NCBI RefSeq assembly: GCF_006345805.1
Contig: NC_043018.1
Span: forward strand, 7,440,001-7,504,000
Direction: 5' to 3'
Source of the DNA: Octopus sinensis
Lineage: Eukaryota
Length of the DNA: 64,000 nucleotides
Both the position numbers and the translations under genes were made by a program. A model generated the notes under the pieces. The model was given only the letters and a program-made list of their open reading frames with translations, was not told the origin of the DNA and searched no databases. Within the stretch, counting starts at the first letter, position 1. Every line of letters begins with the position of its first letter. Positions 36,485 through 49,829 of the stretch are shown in pieces.

Positions 36485-36949
36485 AGGAGAGGGAGAGAGA
36501 AGGAGACGGAGAGAGAACATTCTTGATGGACCGACCTTGTGATTCGAAACACTTTTGATACGTGGGTGCGTTCTACTACTTTCTGTATAAGCCTAAGGCC
36601 CTTAGCTGTTGGAGATAAGGTTGACCAGTGGTCATTCAGTCTGAAACATGTGTGACAACTATTTTCTCATCTCCAGACAAAAAAGTGTGTCATTTTTCTG
36701 AATATATCAAGTTAAGAGTATTCTTGCATCTCCAAATTATCCTCATACGGAGGCAGTCTGAATTACTATTCGGTAACTATGACACATCCTTTTGTTTATT
36801 CTTGCTTGGTGAGGAGGGTGATTGTTGGACACCTGGAAGGACACCTGTCAAAGGGCGGTAGTTCTCAAGAGTAGTCAACGGCCATCCAGCAATATGTGTA
36901 CATGTGTGTGTATGTACGTATCTACGTAAGTACTTACGTATGTATATAT

Positions 36950-37160
36950 GTCCACTCAGCTGGCAAAAATGAATAGAGCCTGTATTTCAAAGGGCCAGTC
37001 ATGGAACACTGTGTCACGCTGAATCTCCCTGAGAACTACGTAAAGGCTTCCACGTGTCTGTGGAGTGTTCAACCACTTACAGGTTAATTTTACTAGCAGG
37101 CTGTTCCGTTAATCCGATCACCTGGAACACACATCGTCGTAACCGACGGAGTACCACGTC
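36950..37160 (+). mobile_element. SINE family C 3' portion
   Basis: GTCCACTCAGCTGGCAAAAATGA...CGTCGTAACCGACGGAGT. Confidence 0.75.
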
Positions 37161-37754
37161 AGCCTGTCTGTCTGTATGTATGTATTTATGTATGTTAGTG
37201 TGCAAGTACAGGCTCCCTTATTGTGATAGCTACATATATAGTATTTGTTCTTTAACCCCAATCAGCACAGGCTGAGAAGACCTACCCAGGAAATGCAATG
37301 TTCCTGGACTTCCTATTGCATGATGTTAGGTTGTAATTTGAAGGAGATTTGTCTTCTGTTTCTGACAGGTTGAAGGGAGCAAGCAATGATCAAAGATGGT
37401 CGATCTATGACCGTCCAATCGTATTACTGGACATTACATTTCCAAGTTTCCGTCATCCAATGTGTCCTTCATTTATCAAGACAATGGGGTGTGTAATTTT
37501 ACTTGCTATGACTTGGAGGTCTGATGAACCAAGCTTAGTACCAAAAACAGCCAACCCATTACGAAACCGTTCTTTTCCTGGTCATCGCATATCGAGGACT
37601 ACATTACCCAATGTACCTTTCCAAATCCAACACAATAGGGTATGTAATTTGAGGTAAAAATAGAGTACTATTTCTAGCTAATCGAATGACTCATCAGGGG
37701 CTCTTGTGTTGCGTGTATTATATAGTACTTAGTATGTAAACAGTATGTAAACAG

Positions 37755-37985
37755 TGCGGCGAACTGGCAGAATCGTTAGCATACCGGGCGAAATGGTTAG
37801 TGGTATTTCGTCTGCCGCTACGTTCTGAGTTCAAATTCCGCCGAGGTCGACTTTACCTTTCATCCTTTCGGGGTCGATAAATTAAGTACCAGTTACGCAC
37901 TGGGGTCGATATATTCGACTTAATCCGTTTGTCTATCCTTGTTTGTCCATTCTGTGTTTAGCTCCTTGTGAGTAGTAAAGAAATA
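37755..37985 (+). mobile_element. SINE family A with 13-bp TSD
   Basis: AGTATGTAAACAG at 37742-37754 and 37986-37998. Confidence 0.88.
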
Positions 37986-38419
37986 AGTATGTAAACAGGT
38001 ATGTAAAGTGAGATCTGTGTATATATGATTAAAATGTTATATTTATCGCGTGATACGTGTAGGATGGTGTGTGCTATGAGTTGTTATTGTGTCCCCTGTA
38101 CCGTGTAATTGCGTGATGTTTAAATTTCATTGTGTGGCGTGTGAATTGTGGTCACCTGAGTCTCTGTATTTATGAAATTTGGAATGCGGTAGGGTGTCTT
38201 TAACGAAAGGATCAATAATATCTTCTCGGTAGCTGCCGATAAACAAAGGTGTGAATAAGAATTGTGTATTTACTAACTAAAAGCATTGCTACTAAAATAT
38301 GGCTGCTAAGGCACAACAAAGATAATTGTTTCAGCGCACGGTTTGTGATTAAGTTTTTTGCCAACATCAATGTATAAGAAATGACTATTCATAAATAGGG
38401 GTACAAAGACACCCCGCAT

Positions 38420-38807
38420 GCACACGTACACACACATACACACACACACAAACGGACATACACACACACATACACACATACACACACACACGGACACACG
38501 GGAGTACACACACACACGGACACACGGACATACACACGGGAGCACACACACACACGCAGACACACACACAGACACACACAGACACAGACACACACACACA
38601 CACACACAAACACACCTGCACGCATAGTTACACACAAGAAACTCAAACAAAATATACGCAATTCATATTTGTAAATTTAACTATAAGGCAGACACGCATA
38701 TATGTGTGTCTATGTAAGTACACACACACACCACACACACACACAGACACACACTAACACACACATACACACACACACACACACATACACACTCACACAT
38801 ATATATA

Positions 38808-38840
<33 letters not shown>

Positions 38841-38845
38841 ATATG
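38420..38845. repeat. (CA)n/(TA)n microsatellite
   Basis: Directly visible. Confidence 0.9.
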
Positions 38846-39159
38846 AAAATAAGATGATAAATGAATAAACAATTATCTTATTAACGTCACTGGCTTACAT
38901 CTGTTTCTGCTATCAGTTACAGTGGACTCATAGTTGATTATTTTCTCAGTTATTAGGGAATAATTTTTGTTAGATTATTTTCTATTGGAATTATATTTAT
39001 ATTTCTTTTCTCCTTTCTAATATTTTTTGTTGATTGTTTTGGTCTTTCCTTTTTTATTTCGATTCCCTTTTTGCATACTGTATTTCCACCTTACATATTG
39101 TCCCCATCGTTTCATTCCACTGAGACCAACAAGAGAATCGACGGCTGTTGTTGTTGTAG

Positions 39160-39676
39160 ACGGCCTGGTGCGACGTTCTGAGTTCAAATACCACCGAGTT
39201 CGACTTTGCCTTTCATCCTTTCGGGGTCAATAAAAGAAGTACCAGTTACACACAGTAATTGACTTACACCCTCTCTCGAAATTACTGGCCTTGTGCCAAA
39301 ATTTGAAAACATTGTTGTTGTTTTTGCTGTTGTTATTATTAAGGTGGCAAGTTGGCAGATTCATTAGCACGCCGGATTAAATGCTTAGCATCTTTTCGCC
39401 CGTCTTTACGTTCTGATTTCACATTCATCAAAATTTCAGGCCTTGTGCCTTTAGTAGAATGCAAGGGCAGCGAGCTGGCAGAACCGTTAGCACACCGGGT
39501 AAAGTGCTTAGCGGCATTTTGTCTGTCTACACGTTTTGAGTTCAAATTCCGCCGAGGTCGACTTTGCCTTTCATCCTTTCGGGTCGATTAAATAAGTACC
39601 AGTTACGCGCTGGACACGATGTAATCGACTTAATCCCTTCCCCCAAATTTAAGTCCTTGTGCTTCCAGTAGAAAGG

Positions 39677-39680
<4 letters not shown>
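39160..39680 (+). mobile_element. Cluster of SINE family A copies
   Basis: Heads at ~39160, 39342, 39465. Confidence 0.8.
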
Positions 39681-39735
<55 letters not shown>

Positions 39736-39773
39736 AGAGAAGACTCCGTCGTCGTATTATTATTATTAATATT

Positions 39774-40294
39774 GAGTGCATGCCATCAAAGTGATACTGG
39801 GGTATTAATGTATGAAGCCTAATACACCCATCATGACTACCCGTCTGATAAGGGTGCACAAGGCACATATATCAAAACCATATGTGCGCGATATGGTGAT
39901 CTCATATCAAGATAAACAGCGTATGACATTGCAGGTGGGGCCCAGTTAGAATTTTCTTCACGTTGAGTAGCCCATCACGCTCAAAAGGTCCCTGAATAAG
40001 GTTTGTTTTAAGGATGAGGAAAATAACACCCATGTTTCCAGAGGTGAATTATTCAAACCCCACAAAATTCCTCTCAACACATAGCCATAATGCTCCCCGA
40101 CTACTTCTGCTCGTGATCAGAGATGCACATATCCTCAGACACTAAAGGACGTGGTTAACTGGTTACGATCAAACAAATGTGAAGTAAATCTGTGGTATTG
40201 AGCAGAATATTTGCTGTAGCCCATCTTTTATATCAAGACAAAACAATGTACATGATAACACTTCCAATAAGTTAAGATCAAAAGCCACGAGAGC

Positions 40295-40296
<2 letters not shown>
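39774..40296 (-). mobile_element. (AAT)n-associated element, copy 3 (5'-truncated)
   Basis: Flanked by (ATT)n on both sides. Confidence 0.85.
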
Positions 40297-40387
<91 letters not shown>

Positions 40388-40663
40388 CATTATTATTTTT
40401 ATTACTTACTTATTTATATACTTTAATCTTCATGTTTGTTACAATCACTTGCCGAGACACACCCAGAGTCTTAGGGTGAGTGAAGGATAAGACATGTTAC
40501 AGTATGACTGAAAGGTTGCGGAGGGGAAGTGGTAGGGACAGTAGCAAAATATCTCCATGCAATACAACACAGACATTTAAATTGATGTGGGCGGTACTTG
40601 TAAGCACAATCTTTATTATTATTATAAATATTATTATAAATATTATTATTATTATTATTATTA

Positions 40664-43600
40664 CTTTTTTTTTTCTTCTTTCAAATTTTCTTCCATTTCT
40701 TGCCGAGTGTCTTCCCGACTCCTAGGGCAAAGAAACTCATAGTGTATATTGGTAGGCCATTAAACCAAACTCAGTAGTTCGTTCATTTTAAAAAAATTTT
40801 TTTTTTTAAGTTAAATTAAAATGCATGAGCAGCAACAGTTCTCACATCGACAATGCTCTTCTCAATACGTGTGATGTACCAGTTAAGACAATCTTTTGCA
40901 CTTCTTGCAGGGATGGTAAGCCAGGGATCATTCTCATATAATTTTCGGTTCCCTTCTTGATCATTCCTAGTGCTCCTACGATCACTGGTATTGTAACCGC
41001 CTTGAGATGCCACATTTTCTCAATTTCAATGAGTAGGTCTTTATATTTTCTGAGCTTGTCAAACTCTTTCCCTGAGATATTATGATCACAGGGGATGCTC
41101 ATGTCGATCAATAAGCAAACTTTATTGTTTTGGTCTTTCACAACAATATCTGGTTTATTGGCCTTGATGGTTCGGTCTGTATGTACTGGAAAGCCCCACA
41201 GAATGGTTACATTTTCTCCTTCAGTTACAGCTTCAGGGTGGTGATTATACCACTTGTCGGCAGTTTTGATATTGTAATGCCGACTTATTAGCCAGTGGAG
41301 ATATTGGCCAACTCTGTCATGTCTTAATTTATACTCCACTGGTGCTAAGACTTTACATCCAGAGATTAGGTGGTCCACTGTTTCAATCATGTCGTTGCAG
41401 AATCGGCATTTTGGGTCTGCTCCATTTTTCATCACATTGGCCTGGTAGTTCCGGGTTGATAGGCTTTGGTCTTGAGCAGCCAGGATGAAACCTTCGCTCT
41501 CTGCTTTTAGCCCTGAGCTCCGCAGCCACTGATGGGTTTGCTTCTGGTCAACATCAGCTTGTTTGCTGCGGGTCACATATTTGCCGTGCAGAGGTTTCTC
41601 CTCCCACCTATCAGCCAATTGCTCGTGCGCTTTTTTCATTGCCATCATTTTCACCTTCTTTGCAACAATAGTTGCCGTACTTCCCTCGGGTTGTTCAGTT
41701 TGGGTATCCTGCACGAGATCAATAGCAAATTTTTTGCTTTCCTTTATGATAGAATGAAGCTTCTTTCGTCTCTCGTGATTTTCCACGAGCTTTAGCATCC
41801 AGTCATTCGATATTTCGAGATATTTGGCCAGTCCAATTGTGGTTGTTTTGTAAGCTAGTTCAAATTGGATCAGGCCTCGACCTCCTTGGGCTCTGGGAAG
41901 GTAAAGGCGATCTACGTCTGCCTTTGGGTGGTGCATCCTATTACAACTCAGCAGCTTGCGTATTTTTCTATCTATATTCTTTACTTCACTCATATTCCAG
42001 TTCAACACATTGTAGCTATAAGTAACAACTGGAACTGCTAGGGAATTTATAGCTAACACCTTGTTACGTGCATTTAGTTCAGATTTCAGGACTGCACGAA
42101 CTCTCCTATAACATTCCTTCCTGATTTTCTCTTTCATGCTTGCATGCTGAATACCAGAGCCTTCATTTATCCCTAAATATTTGTATGTTTGTTCTTGCTC
42201 AAGCTCTCTTATGACTGTGTCAACATCTAACACGACTGAATTTGTGGTCTTCACTTTCCCTTTCTGGAAAGTGGCCTTGGCACACTTCTCAAGTCCAAAC
42301 TCCATCCCGATGTCATCGCTGAATGATTTCACGGTGCGCAATAGGTCTTCAAGTTCATTATTGTCTTTACCATAAAGTTTTAAGTCATCCATATAAAATA
42401 GATGGCTTATTTTTTATTGGCAATTTTATACCCATACCTTGTTCTGTTTAATTCACTTGTAAGGGGTATTAGGGCTATGCAGAATATTAAAGGTGAAAGT
42501 GAGTCACCTTGAAAAATTCCACAGTTGATGTTTATATTTTCTGAGGCAAGTACTCCATTAGAGTGGTATAATTGGAGATTCGTATTCCACAACGACATAT
42601 TGTGCTTCAGGAAGTTTGAAATCACAGGGGAAATTTTGAAGATGTCCAGCGATCTCAAGATCCATGGATGCGGTATACTGTCGAAGGCCTTTTTATAGTC
42701 AATCCATGCGGTGCTGAGATTTCTGCGCTTGTTGTGACAGTTCTCAAGGATCATACGATTGATTAGCAGTTGATCTTTGCATCCGTAAGAGCCTCGGCGG
42801 CACCCTTTTTGTTCAATGGGGAAAATATCGTTCTTCTCCATGAATGCATATGTTTTCTCCGCCAGGATAGATGTTAGGATTTTATACGTGGTGGATAGAC
42901 AGGTTATAGGCCGATAGTTTTTTGGAAGGTTGGTTTCGTTATTCTTTGGGAGTAGGTAAGTAATGCCACTTGCTAACCATTCAGGTGTTTTCTTTGGGTC
43001 TCTCATAATTCCATTGAGCAGCTGAACTAGCTTACCGTGTGCGCACGGGAGCGATGCGAGCCAGAAATTCGGCACCCTATCTTTACCGGGGGATTTCCAA
43101 TTATGGCCTTCGTGAGTGCCTTTCTTAGGTCTGCTATTGTGATGTCTTCCCATGCTTGTTGTTGTAAATTTTGGTAGGATCCTTCAGTTTGTATAATCCA
43201 GTCTGCATTTATGTTGTACGTCTTCTTGTCACTCCAAATCTTTTCCAAAAGTTTTGAACTTCTTCCATGGGTGGGGGGTCTTTAACGGTTACTTTCTCCT
43301 TCCCTATTTCTCTGTAGAATTTGTTGGCATTGGATGTGAACAGCTTATTTGGCTTGTAAAACTTGTTTCTCTTCTCAAATCTTCGTATTCTTTGGGCTTT
43401 TGCTTGGACTTTTTGTTTCAGCGTTTCTTTTATTGATATCAGTTCTTCTCTTGGTGAGGATCCAAATTTTCTCTTCATCTTTCTTCCTGTTCTGGATCTT
43501 ACATCATTTCCACATATTAGTTCATTTAATATTGATATTTCCCCTCTCATAAATTCAATCTCTTTTTCAATTTTACTTCTCCAGGTTTGATTTCTTCCCA

Positions 43601-44637
43601 GGTTTTGTTTTCTTTGTTTTTTCGGGGGCATACAGCTGGTTTCAATTGCCCTAGCAGAAGCGTAAATAATTTCATTTAACTCAGTAAAATCAGGTTTTAA
43701 TTCTCGTATTATTTCATTTGTTACATAGTTGCCAATTTGGATTTGTTTTTTTATTTTGGTTTGTATTTGAGAGTTTATGAAGCGGTTCTCTATCATTCAT
43801 ACTTGTATGTCTTACAACTTCAAGCGTATTCAGGATTTTCTGCCTCATTTCTGCTATAGACTCTCTGTGTTCTTCAGCAAATGCGAGATCTTCAGTTACT
43901 GTTGTTTTTTCGTTTTCCTGGCTATCTTAACAGGTACAATAGAATTTCTTGTATCTTCAGGCCTTTGCGTACTTTGGTCAGATGGCAGTCTTTCAATTAA
44001 GCCTCGTGGCGGGCTATACTGTTCATCTGATTCTTCATTTCCTTTGTGTCTTATATTTATGTCATTTTCCGTTGCGTGCTTGATCGCGCTTATTTCACTG
44101 TCTGTGAGTCTGTTATTTCTAAAGATATCCCTCCTCACATTTGCTAATTTGTTCTCGTCCAAATAGGGCCTACTGTCTTGATTCCGTGTTCTCCATATAC
44201 TGTAAGAGTTTGCGGTGTGTCTCTCTTGAGATGGCCTACCTAATGCATAGTAATAAGCGTATATACTTCTTATACTCTTCTCGGGTCCATTTGTTCCGCT
44301 TACATTTTTCTTTCTGTGGTGGTTGTGGTGGTGAACTTGGAGGGCTCGAGTTGGAGGATTTCCCGTTCAAGTGACCATCCATGTCCGTATTCGGAGAAGA
44401 GTTTGTGCCAGTTGATGACTTTTCGATCCCAGGCTGGCTCTTCCCTGGGGGACGCGCTTCCAGATTAACCATAGGACAAGCGATTTGGTATACTGATTTA
44501 GTTTTCCTTTTAGTTTCCAAAAACATTTTGGTGCTACGATAATGCTATCATTTTTTTAGCTTTGATTGGCTCGTGGGGAGACGGCCATCATTGCCGTTAC
44601 AATTATAATCGTACCATTATAGCAGCCGTAGTCGGCT
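40664..44637 (-). mobile_element. Full-length Dong/R4-clade non-LTR retrotransposon inserted in (TAA)n
   Basis: ~110-bp 5' UTR, single disrupted ORF, ~180-bp 3' UTR ending in (TAA)n; ATT-rich flanks on both sides. Confidence 0.93.
40842..44526 (-). pseudogene. Dong/R4 polyprotein: N-terminal domain, reverse transcriptase, CCHC zinc knuckle, RLE (PD-(D/E)xK) endonuclease; split by frameshifts in this assembly
   Basis: KWTREEY; NYRPITCLSTTYK; WIDYKKAFDS; GIFQGDSLSP; YMDDLKLY; CRFC..ETVDHLISGC; RHDRV; KPDIVVKD..LIDMSIP. Confidence 0.95.
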
Positions 44638-44760
44638 TATTATTGTTATTATCATCACCATTACCATCACTATCATCATTATCACCACCATTACCATCAT
44701 CATTATCATCATCACCATCACCATCACCACCATCATCATCAATGATATTGTTTTATGTGT
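44638..44760. repeat. (ATT)n/(CAT)n microsatellite
   Basis: Directly visible. Confidence 0.85.
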
Positions 44761-45518
44761 AGTCACAGCAGTATCTTATTATTATTATTTTTGTTTTTTT
44801 TATCATTATCACCATCACAGTAGTGTCTGTCTGTCTCGTTGGCTGGCTGACTGTCTTTTTTTTTCTTTTTTTCTTTTTAGGTGCGGTCCTATCGGTCAAA
44901 AAAAGTTCAGATGTTTACTACTATTAGGCTTAAGAAAAATTAAGGAAGGGCGGTTCTGTATTGTTTGTGAATAGAGAAGTTGTGTTCGACCAGAGAGAAT
45001 CGTAGCATCATCATTTTTTTTTTCCACGTGCGTTTGTGTTATTGCAATAAAAAGTGTTTGTATATTTCCTGTAAGGTAATATTGTGGAGGTTGAAGTTGA
45101 CTTTTCTAGAGATGTTTGTATGTCCAGTTAGAAGAACAGGTGTGTTTTTACAATAAAAAGTATATGTTTACATTTATATTTGAATATTCAGGGTGGAAGC
45201 AAAGAAAAGTCAGATTTTCATAGAAAGTTTTAGGGTTTTGTAAGTCCACGAAAAGAAAAAAAAGAAAAGCGTGATGTTTTTAGAGAGAAGAAAAAAAAAA
45301 AAAAGGGATGTTTACAGAGGCAATTGTGGGTATCAAAGTTTTTAAAGCTGGTCGAATGTATGATTGAAAACTGTAGATATGTAAATTTGTAAATTTTCTT
45401 CTTCTTCTTCTTCTTCTTCTTCTTCTTCTTCTTCTTCTTCTATATTTTATTATATATTATTATTATATTATATTATTATTATATTATATTATTATTATTA
45501 TTATTATTATTATCATTA

Positions 45519-45954
45519 CTTTTTTTCTTCTTTCAAATTTGCTTCCATTTCTTGCCGAGTGTCTCCCGACTCCTAGGGCAAAGAAACTCATAGTATACAT
45601 TGGTAGGCCATAAAACCAAACTCAATAGTTCGTTCATTTTTTAATTAAAAAAAATTTTTTTTTAAGTTAAGTTAAAATACATGAGCAGCAACAGTTCTCA
45701 CATCGACAATGCTCTTCTCAATACGTGTGATGTACCAGTTAAGACAATCTTTTGCACTTCTTGCAGGGATGGTAAGCCAGGGATCATTCTCATATAATTT
45801 TCGGTTCCCTTCTTGATCATTCCTAGGGCTCCTACGATCACTGGTATTGTAAGCGCCTTGAGATGCCACATTTTCTCAATTTCAATGAGTAGGTCTTTAT
45901 ATTTTCTGAGCTTGTCAAACTCTTTCGCTGAGATATTATGATCACATTTTCTCC

Positions 45955-45956
<2 letters not shown>
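45519..45956 (-). mobile_element. 5'-truncated copy of the same Dong/R4 element
   Basis: Near-identical to 40664-41090; flanked by (ATT)n. Confidence 0.93.
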
Positions 45957-46004
<48 letters not shown>

Positions 46005-46013
46005 ATTATTATT

Positions 46014-46566
46014 AAGTGAGAGAGCAGTTCATGCCATCAAAGTGACACTGGGGTAAAATATACGAAGCCTAATATACCCATCATGACTACCCGTCTGATA
46101 AGGGTACACCAGGCACATACATCACAACCATATGTGCACGACATGGTGATCTCATATCAAGATAAACAGCACATGACCTTGCAGGTGGGGCCCAGTTAGA
46201 ATTTTCTTCAGGTTGAGTAGCCCATCCCGCTCAAAAGGTCCCTGAATAAGGATTGTTTAAGGATGTTGAACGAAACACCCATGTTTCCAAAGGTGAATTA
46301 TTCAAACCCCAAAGAATCCCTCTCAACACATGGCCATGATACTCCCCCACTACTTCTGCTCGTGATCAGAGATGCACATATCGTCAGCCACTAAGGGACA
46401 TGCTCAACTGGTTAAGGTCAAACAACTGACAAGCAAATCTGTGGTATTGAGCAGAATATTTGCTGTAGCCCATCTTTTATACCAAGACAAAACAATGTAC
46501 ATGATAACACTTCCAATCAGTTAAGATCAGAAGCCATGCGAGCCACTGCCTGGTACTGCATCAGGG
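46014..46566 (-). mobile_element. (AAT)n-associated element, copy 4 (near full length)
   Basis: (ATT)n on the 3' side; (CTT)n/(ATT)n on the 5' side. Confidence 0.87.
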
Positions 46567-46574
46567 AATTTGCT

Positions 46575-46604
46575 ATTCTTCTTCTTCTTCTTCTTCTTCT
46601 TCTT

Positions 46605-46699
<95 letters not shown>

Positions 46700-46727
46700 T
46701 ATTATTATTGTTATTATTATTATTATT

Positions 46728-46761
<34 letters not shown>

Positions 46762-46790
46762 CATCATCATCATTATTATTATTATTGTTT
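46575..46790. repeat. (CTT)n/(ATT)n microsatellite
   Basis: Directly visible. Confidence 0.95.
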
Positions 46791-47365
46791 ATATTTATAT
46801 ACAATATGTGTGAGTTTATGCACACACACACACACACAACCCCTCCCCCCCACAGCACACCCATACCCCCCCCCACACACACACAGAGTGTATTTGGGTT
46901 GAATCAAATACCGAAAAGCGTTGCATTAAGAAATTTAGCAAACAAGACACAAAATATTGGCTGCAATAATTGAATTCTGTAAACTGTACAGACGCAGAAA
47001 ATTGAATTAGTGGCTGACATATTTAAACATGCAGGACCTCGGTTGCGCCATCGCTAATGTTGACCCTTACATTAAGAACATAAAAGCTAGATTACGAAGA
47101 CTGATTTGGTATTCCGTAGTCACCCTAGATATATCTATGTATCTGCTTCTTTATATGTATGCATGTATGTGTATGTGTGTATGTATGTATGTACGCTTGT
47201 ATGTATGTATGTATGTATGTATATATTTATGTATGTATGTATGTTTGTATGTATGTATATATGTATGTGTGTATGTATATTTGTATGTATGTGTGTATGT
47301 ATGTATGTATCTATCTATTTCGTCTCTCTCTTTCTCTTTTACATAGACGCAGACATACACACACA

Positions 47366-47524
47366 TTCATAGGAGTGGCTGTGTGGTAAGTAGCTGCTTA
47401 CGAACCACATGGTTCCGGGTTCAGTCCCTCTGCGTGGTGCCTTGGGCAAGTGTCTTCTACTATAGCCTTGGGCCGACCAAAGCCTTGTGAGTGGATTTGG
47501 TAGACGGAAACTGAAAGAAGCCCC

Positions 47525-47569
<45 letters not shown>

Positions 47570-47738
47570 TGCAGGAGTGGCAGTTTGATAAGTTGCTTGC
47601 TAACAAACCACATGGTTCCGGGTTCAGTCCCATTGCGTGGCATCTTGGGCAAGTGTCTTCTGCTATAGCCCCGGGCCGACCAATGCCTTTTGAGTGGATT
47701 TGGTAGACGGAAACTGAAAGAAGCCTGTCGTATATATG

Positions 47739-47771
<33 letters not shown>

Positions 47772-47988
47772 GTTTGTGTGTCTGTGTTTGTCCCCTTAGC
47801 ATTGCTTGACAGCCGATGCTGGTGTGTTTATATCCCCGTAACTTAGCGGTTCGGCAAAAGAGACCGATAGAATAAGTACTGGGCTTACAAAGAATAAGTC
47901 CCGGAGTTGATTTGCTCGATTAAAGGCGGTGCTCCAGCATGGCCGCAGTCAAATGACTGAAACAAGTAAAAGAGTAAAAGAGTATATA

Positions 47989-48024
<36 letters not shown>

Positions 48025-48260
48025 TGTATGTGTGTGTATATGTTTGTGAGTCTGTGTTTGTCCTCCCAAAATCGCTTGACAACCGATGCTAGTGTGTTTA
48101 CGTCCCATAACTTAGCAGTTCCGCAAAAGAGACCGATAGAATAAGTACTAGGCTTACAAAGAATAAGCTCTGCAGTCGATTTACTCGACTAAATGCGGTG
48201 CTCCAGCATGGCCACAGTCACATGACTGAAACAAGTAAAAGAGTAAAAGAGTAAAAGAGT
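47366..48260 (+). mobile_element. Cluster of SINE family B copies (47366-47560 head; 47566-47990 complete; 48030-48260 3' half)
   Basis: Family consensus match. Confidence 0.88.
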
Positions 48261-48789
48261 ATTGTTTAAAACTATACACGAGGTTGTTTTGATGGCGTTA
48301 AAGCATTCCGCTTGCCTGCGCTGTACATAATATATATGTAGATATAACACTTGTTATTCTCCTTATTCAGTGGATCAGTTATGTAAACTTTGAACAAAAG
48401 GCACCACAGAGCTAGTAACTATGCAATTCTAGAATGCTTCATAATTTCCGTGTACGCTCGTTTAATATGACAAACAAGCTTCAATTTCCTTTCAAAAGAG
48501 CGACGAGCGGTGGAAGGTCTATATAATTTGCGAAATTGTTGTATAACTATTATAATAATAAGCAGCGATTAAGCATATCGTAAGCCGTAGTGAGATCAGC
48601 AAAACTGTTCAAGTTGAAACCCATCCTTTGTATACTGAGTGAAATTAAGCAGTTAATTATCGTTTTTGCACAATTAAGAGTAAAATTAAGCTTATAATTA
48701 CCCTTTTTTGCACAATTTGCACAAATAAATACAATCTGAAACCGCAAATAACATTGCAACGAATGCTAAACTCAAGCTAATTTATGATA

Positions 48790-49090
48790 ACTACAATAGT
48801 ATTGTATGGATGTGAAACATGGATATATTTAAAAGACATAAAGATGACATTTCAAACATTGGAATGACGTAACTTCTCAGAATTTTTGGTATTACGTTCA
48901 ATGACAGCTTAGATAAGCTTGTCAACTTTAGAAAAAATTTAATATATTTGTTTAGAAACGTAGAAAAAGCGAGACGAAGAAGAAGAATACAGTGTTTCAC
49001 TAATATCGTTAGAATGACTACGTTATTTGAAAATAAAATTATGTTGGGGAAAATAGACGGCTGTAGCAGAAATGCTAGCAGAGTTTCAAA
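48790..49090 (+). pseudogene. Degraded RTE/L2-type LINE RT C-terminal fragment
   Basis: TIVLYGCETW.. and RRRRIQCFTNIVRM..ENKIMLGKIDG. Confidence 0.6.
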
Positions 49091-49829
49091 CACGAACTCA
49101 GTCTTAGAAATTGAACCTGCATCACTATGTTCAAATGCAAAAATAAATGTAAAAATCAGTACAGGGTTTCGTCGGGGATTGATGTCGCCAGAAGTTGCTA
49201 GCTACTCAAGTACTTGGTATACACATCAAAAAATTCATATCTGTACCTGTGCTGGCCGGTCTAGCAAATGCTTAGCTCAGAATTCCGATTGTTAACACCA
49301 TATTAGAATGTCATTAATGATTTTGTCTTTGGCGTCCTTTCTGTGACAAATCCTTAGGAATATATAGAGGTTTGTCATGTAACTGACCAGTGGTAGTAGT
49401 ACAGTTAAAGCTAACTTGCTACAGGAACATACGCCACTCAAATTTGGCCACGAAATCCAAATACGTCATTGCAATCTATCGTCATTGCTGACATACATAT
49501 CTCTCACCGACATACACAAATTGTTTCACCTGGTGAAAATATCTCTGTTCTGATGTTCTTCGCATCGACACCATTTTTGGTTAAGAATAGATGTATTTGT
49601 AACGATAAATGTATTTGAACTTCAAACACATTTTTATTCTCCTGTCAACCAACCAAACATTCTGCTGTCATTATAAGGCAAAACGTAAAGACCGCTATCA
49701 AGGCTAGGACGAGATAACTATCAAGGCTAGGATCCGGGCTGGGATGAGAACATGGAAACGTAGGAAGAAAGTCTAGACTGAGTGGAAGGGAAAAACAATC
49801 GGTTAAAAAGCTTCAAGTGTCCTCATGGC

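Noticed and set aside
37340-37660. Possible LINE APE endonuclease remnant on the minus strand
   Set aside because: Too degenerate to assign by eye; would need an HMM or tBLASTn hit.
44527-44637. Possible HDV-like ribozyme in the Dong/R4 5' UTR (GGCT/AGCC, TACGAT/ATCGTA, GCTA/TAGC pairings)
   Set aside because: P1 only 4 bp, no GG for P1.1, no C-(R)AA J4/2, and a long insert between P2 and P3; not a canonical fold.
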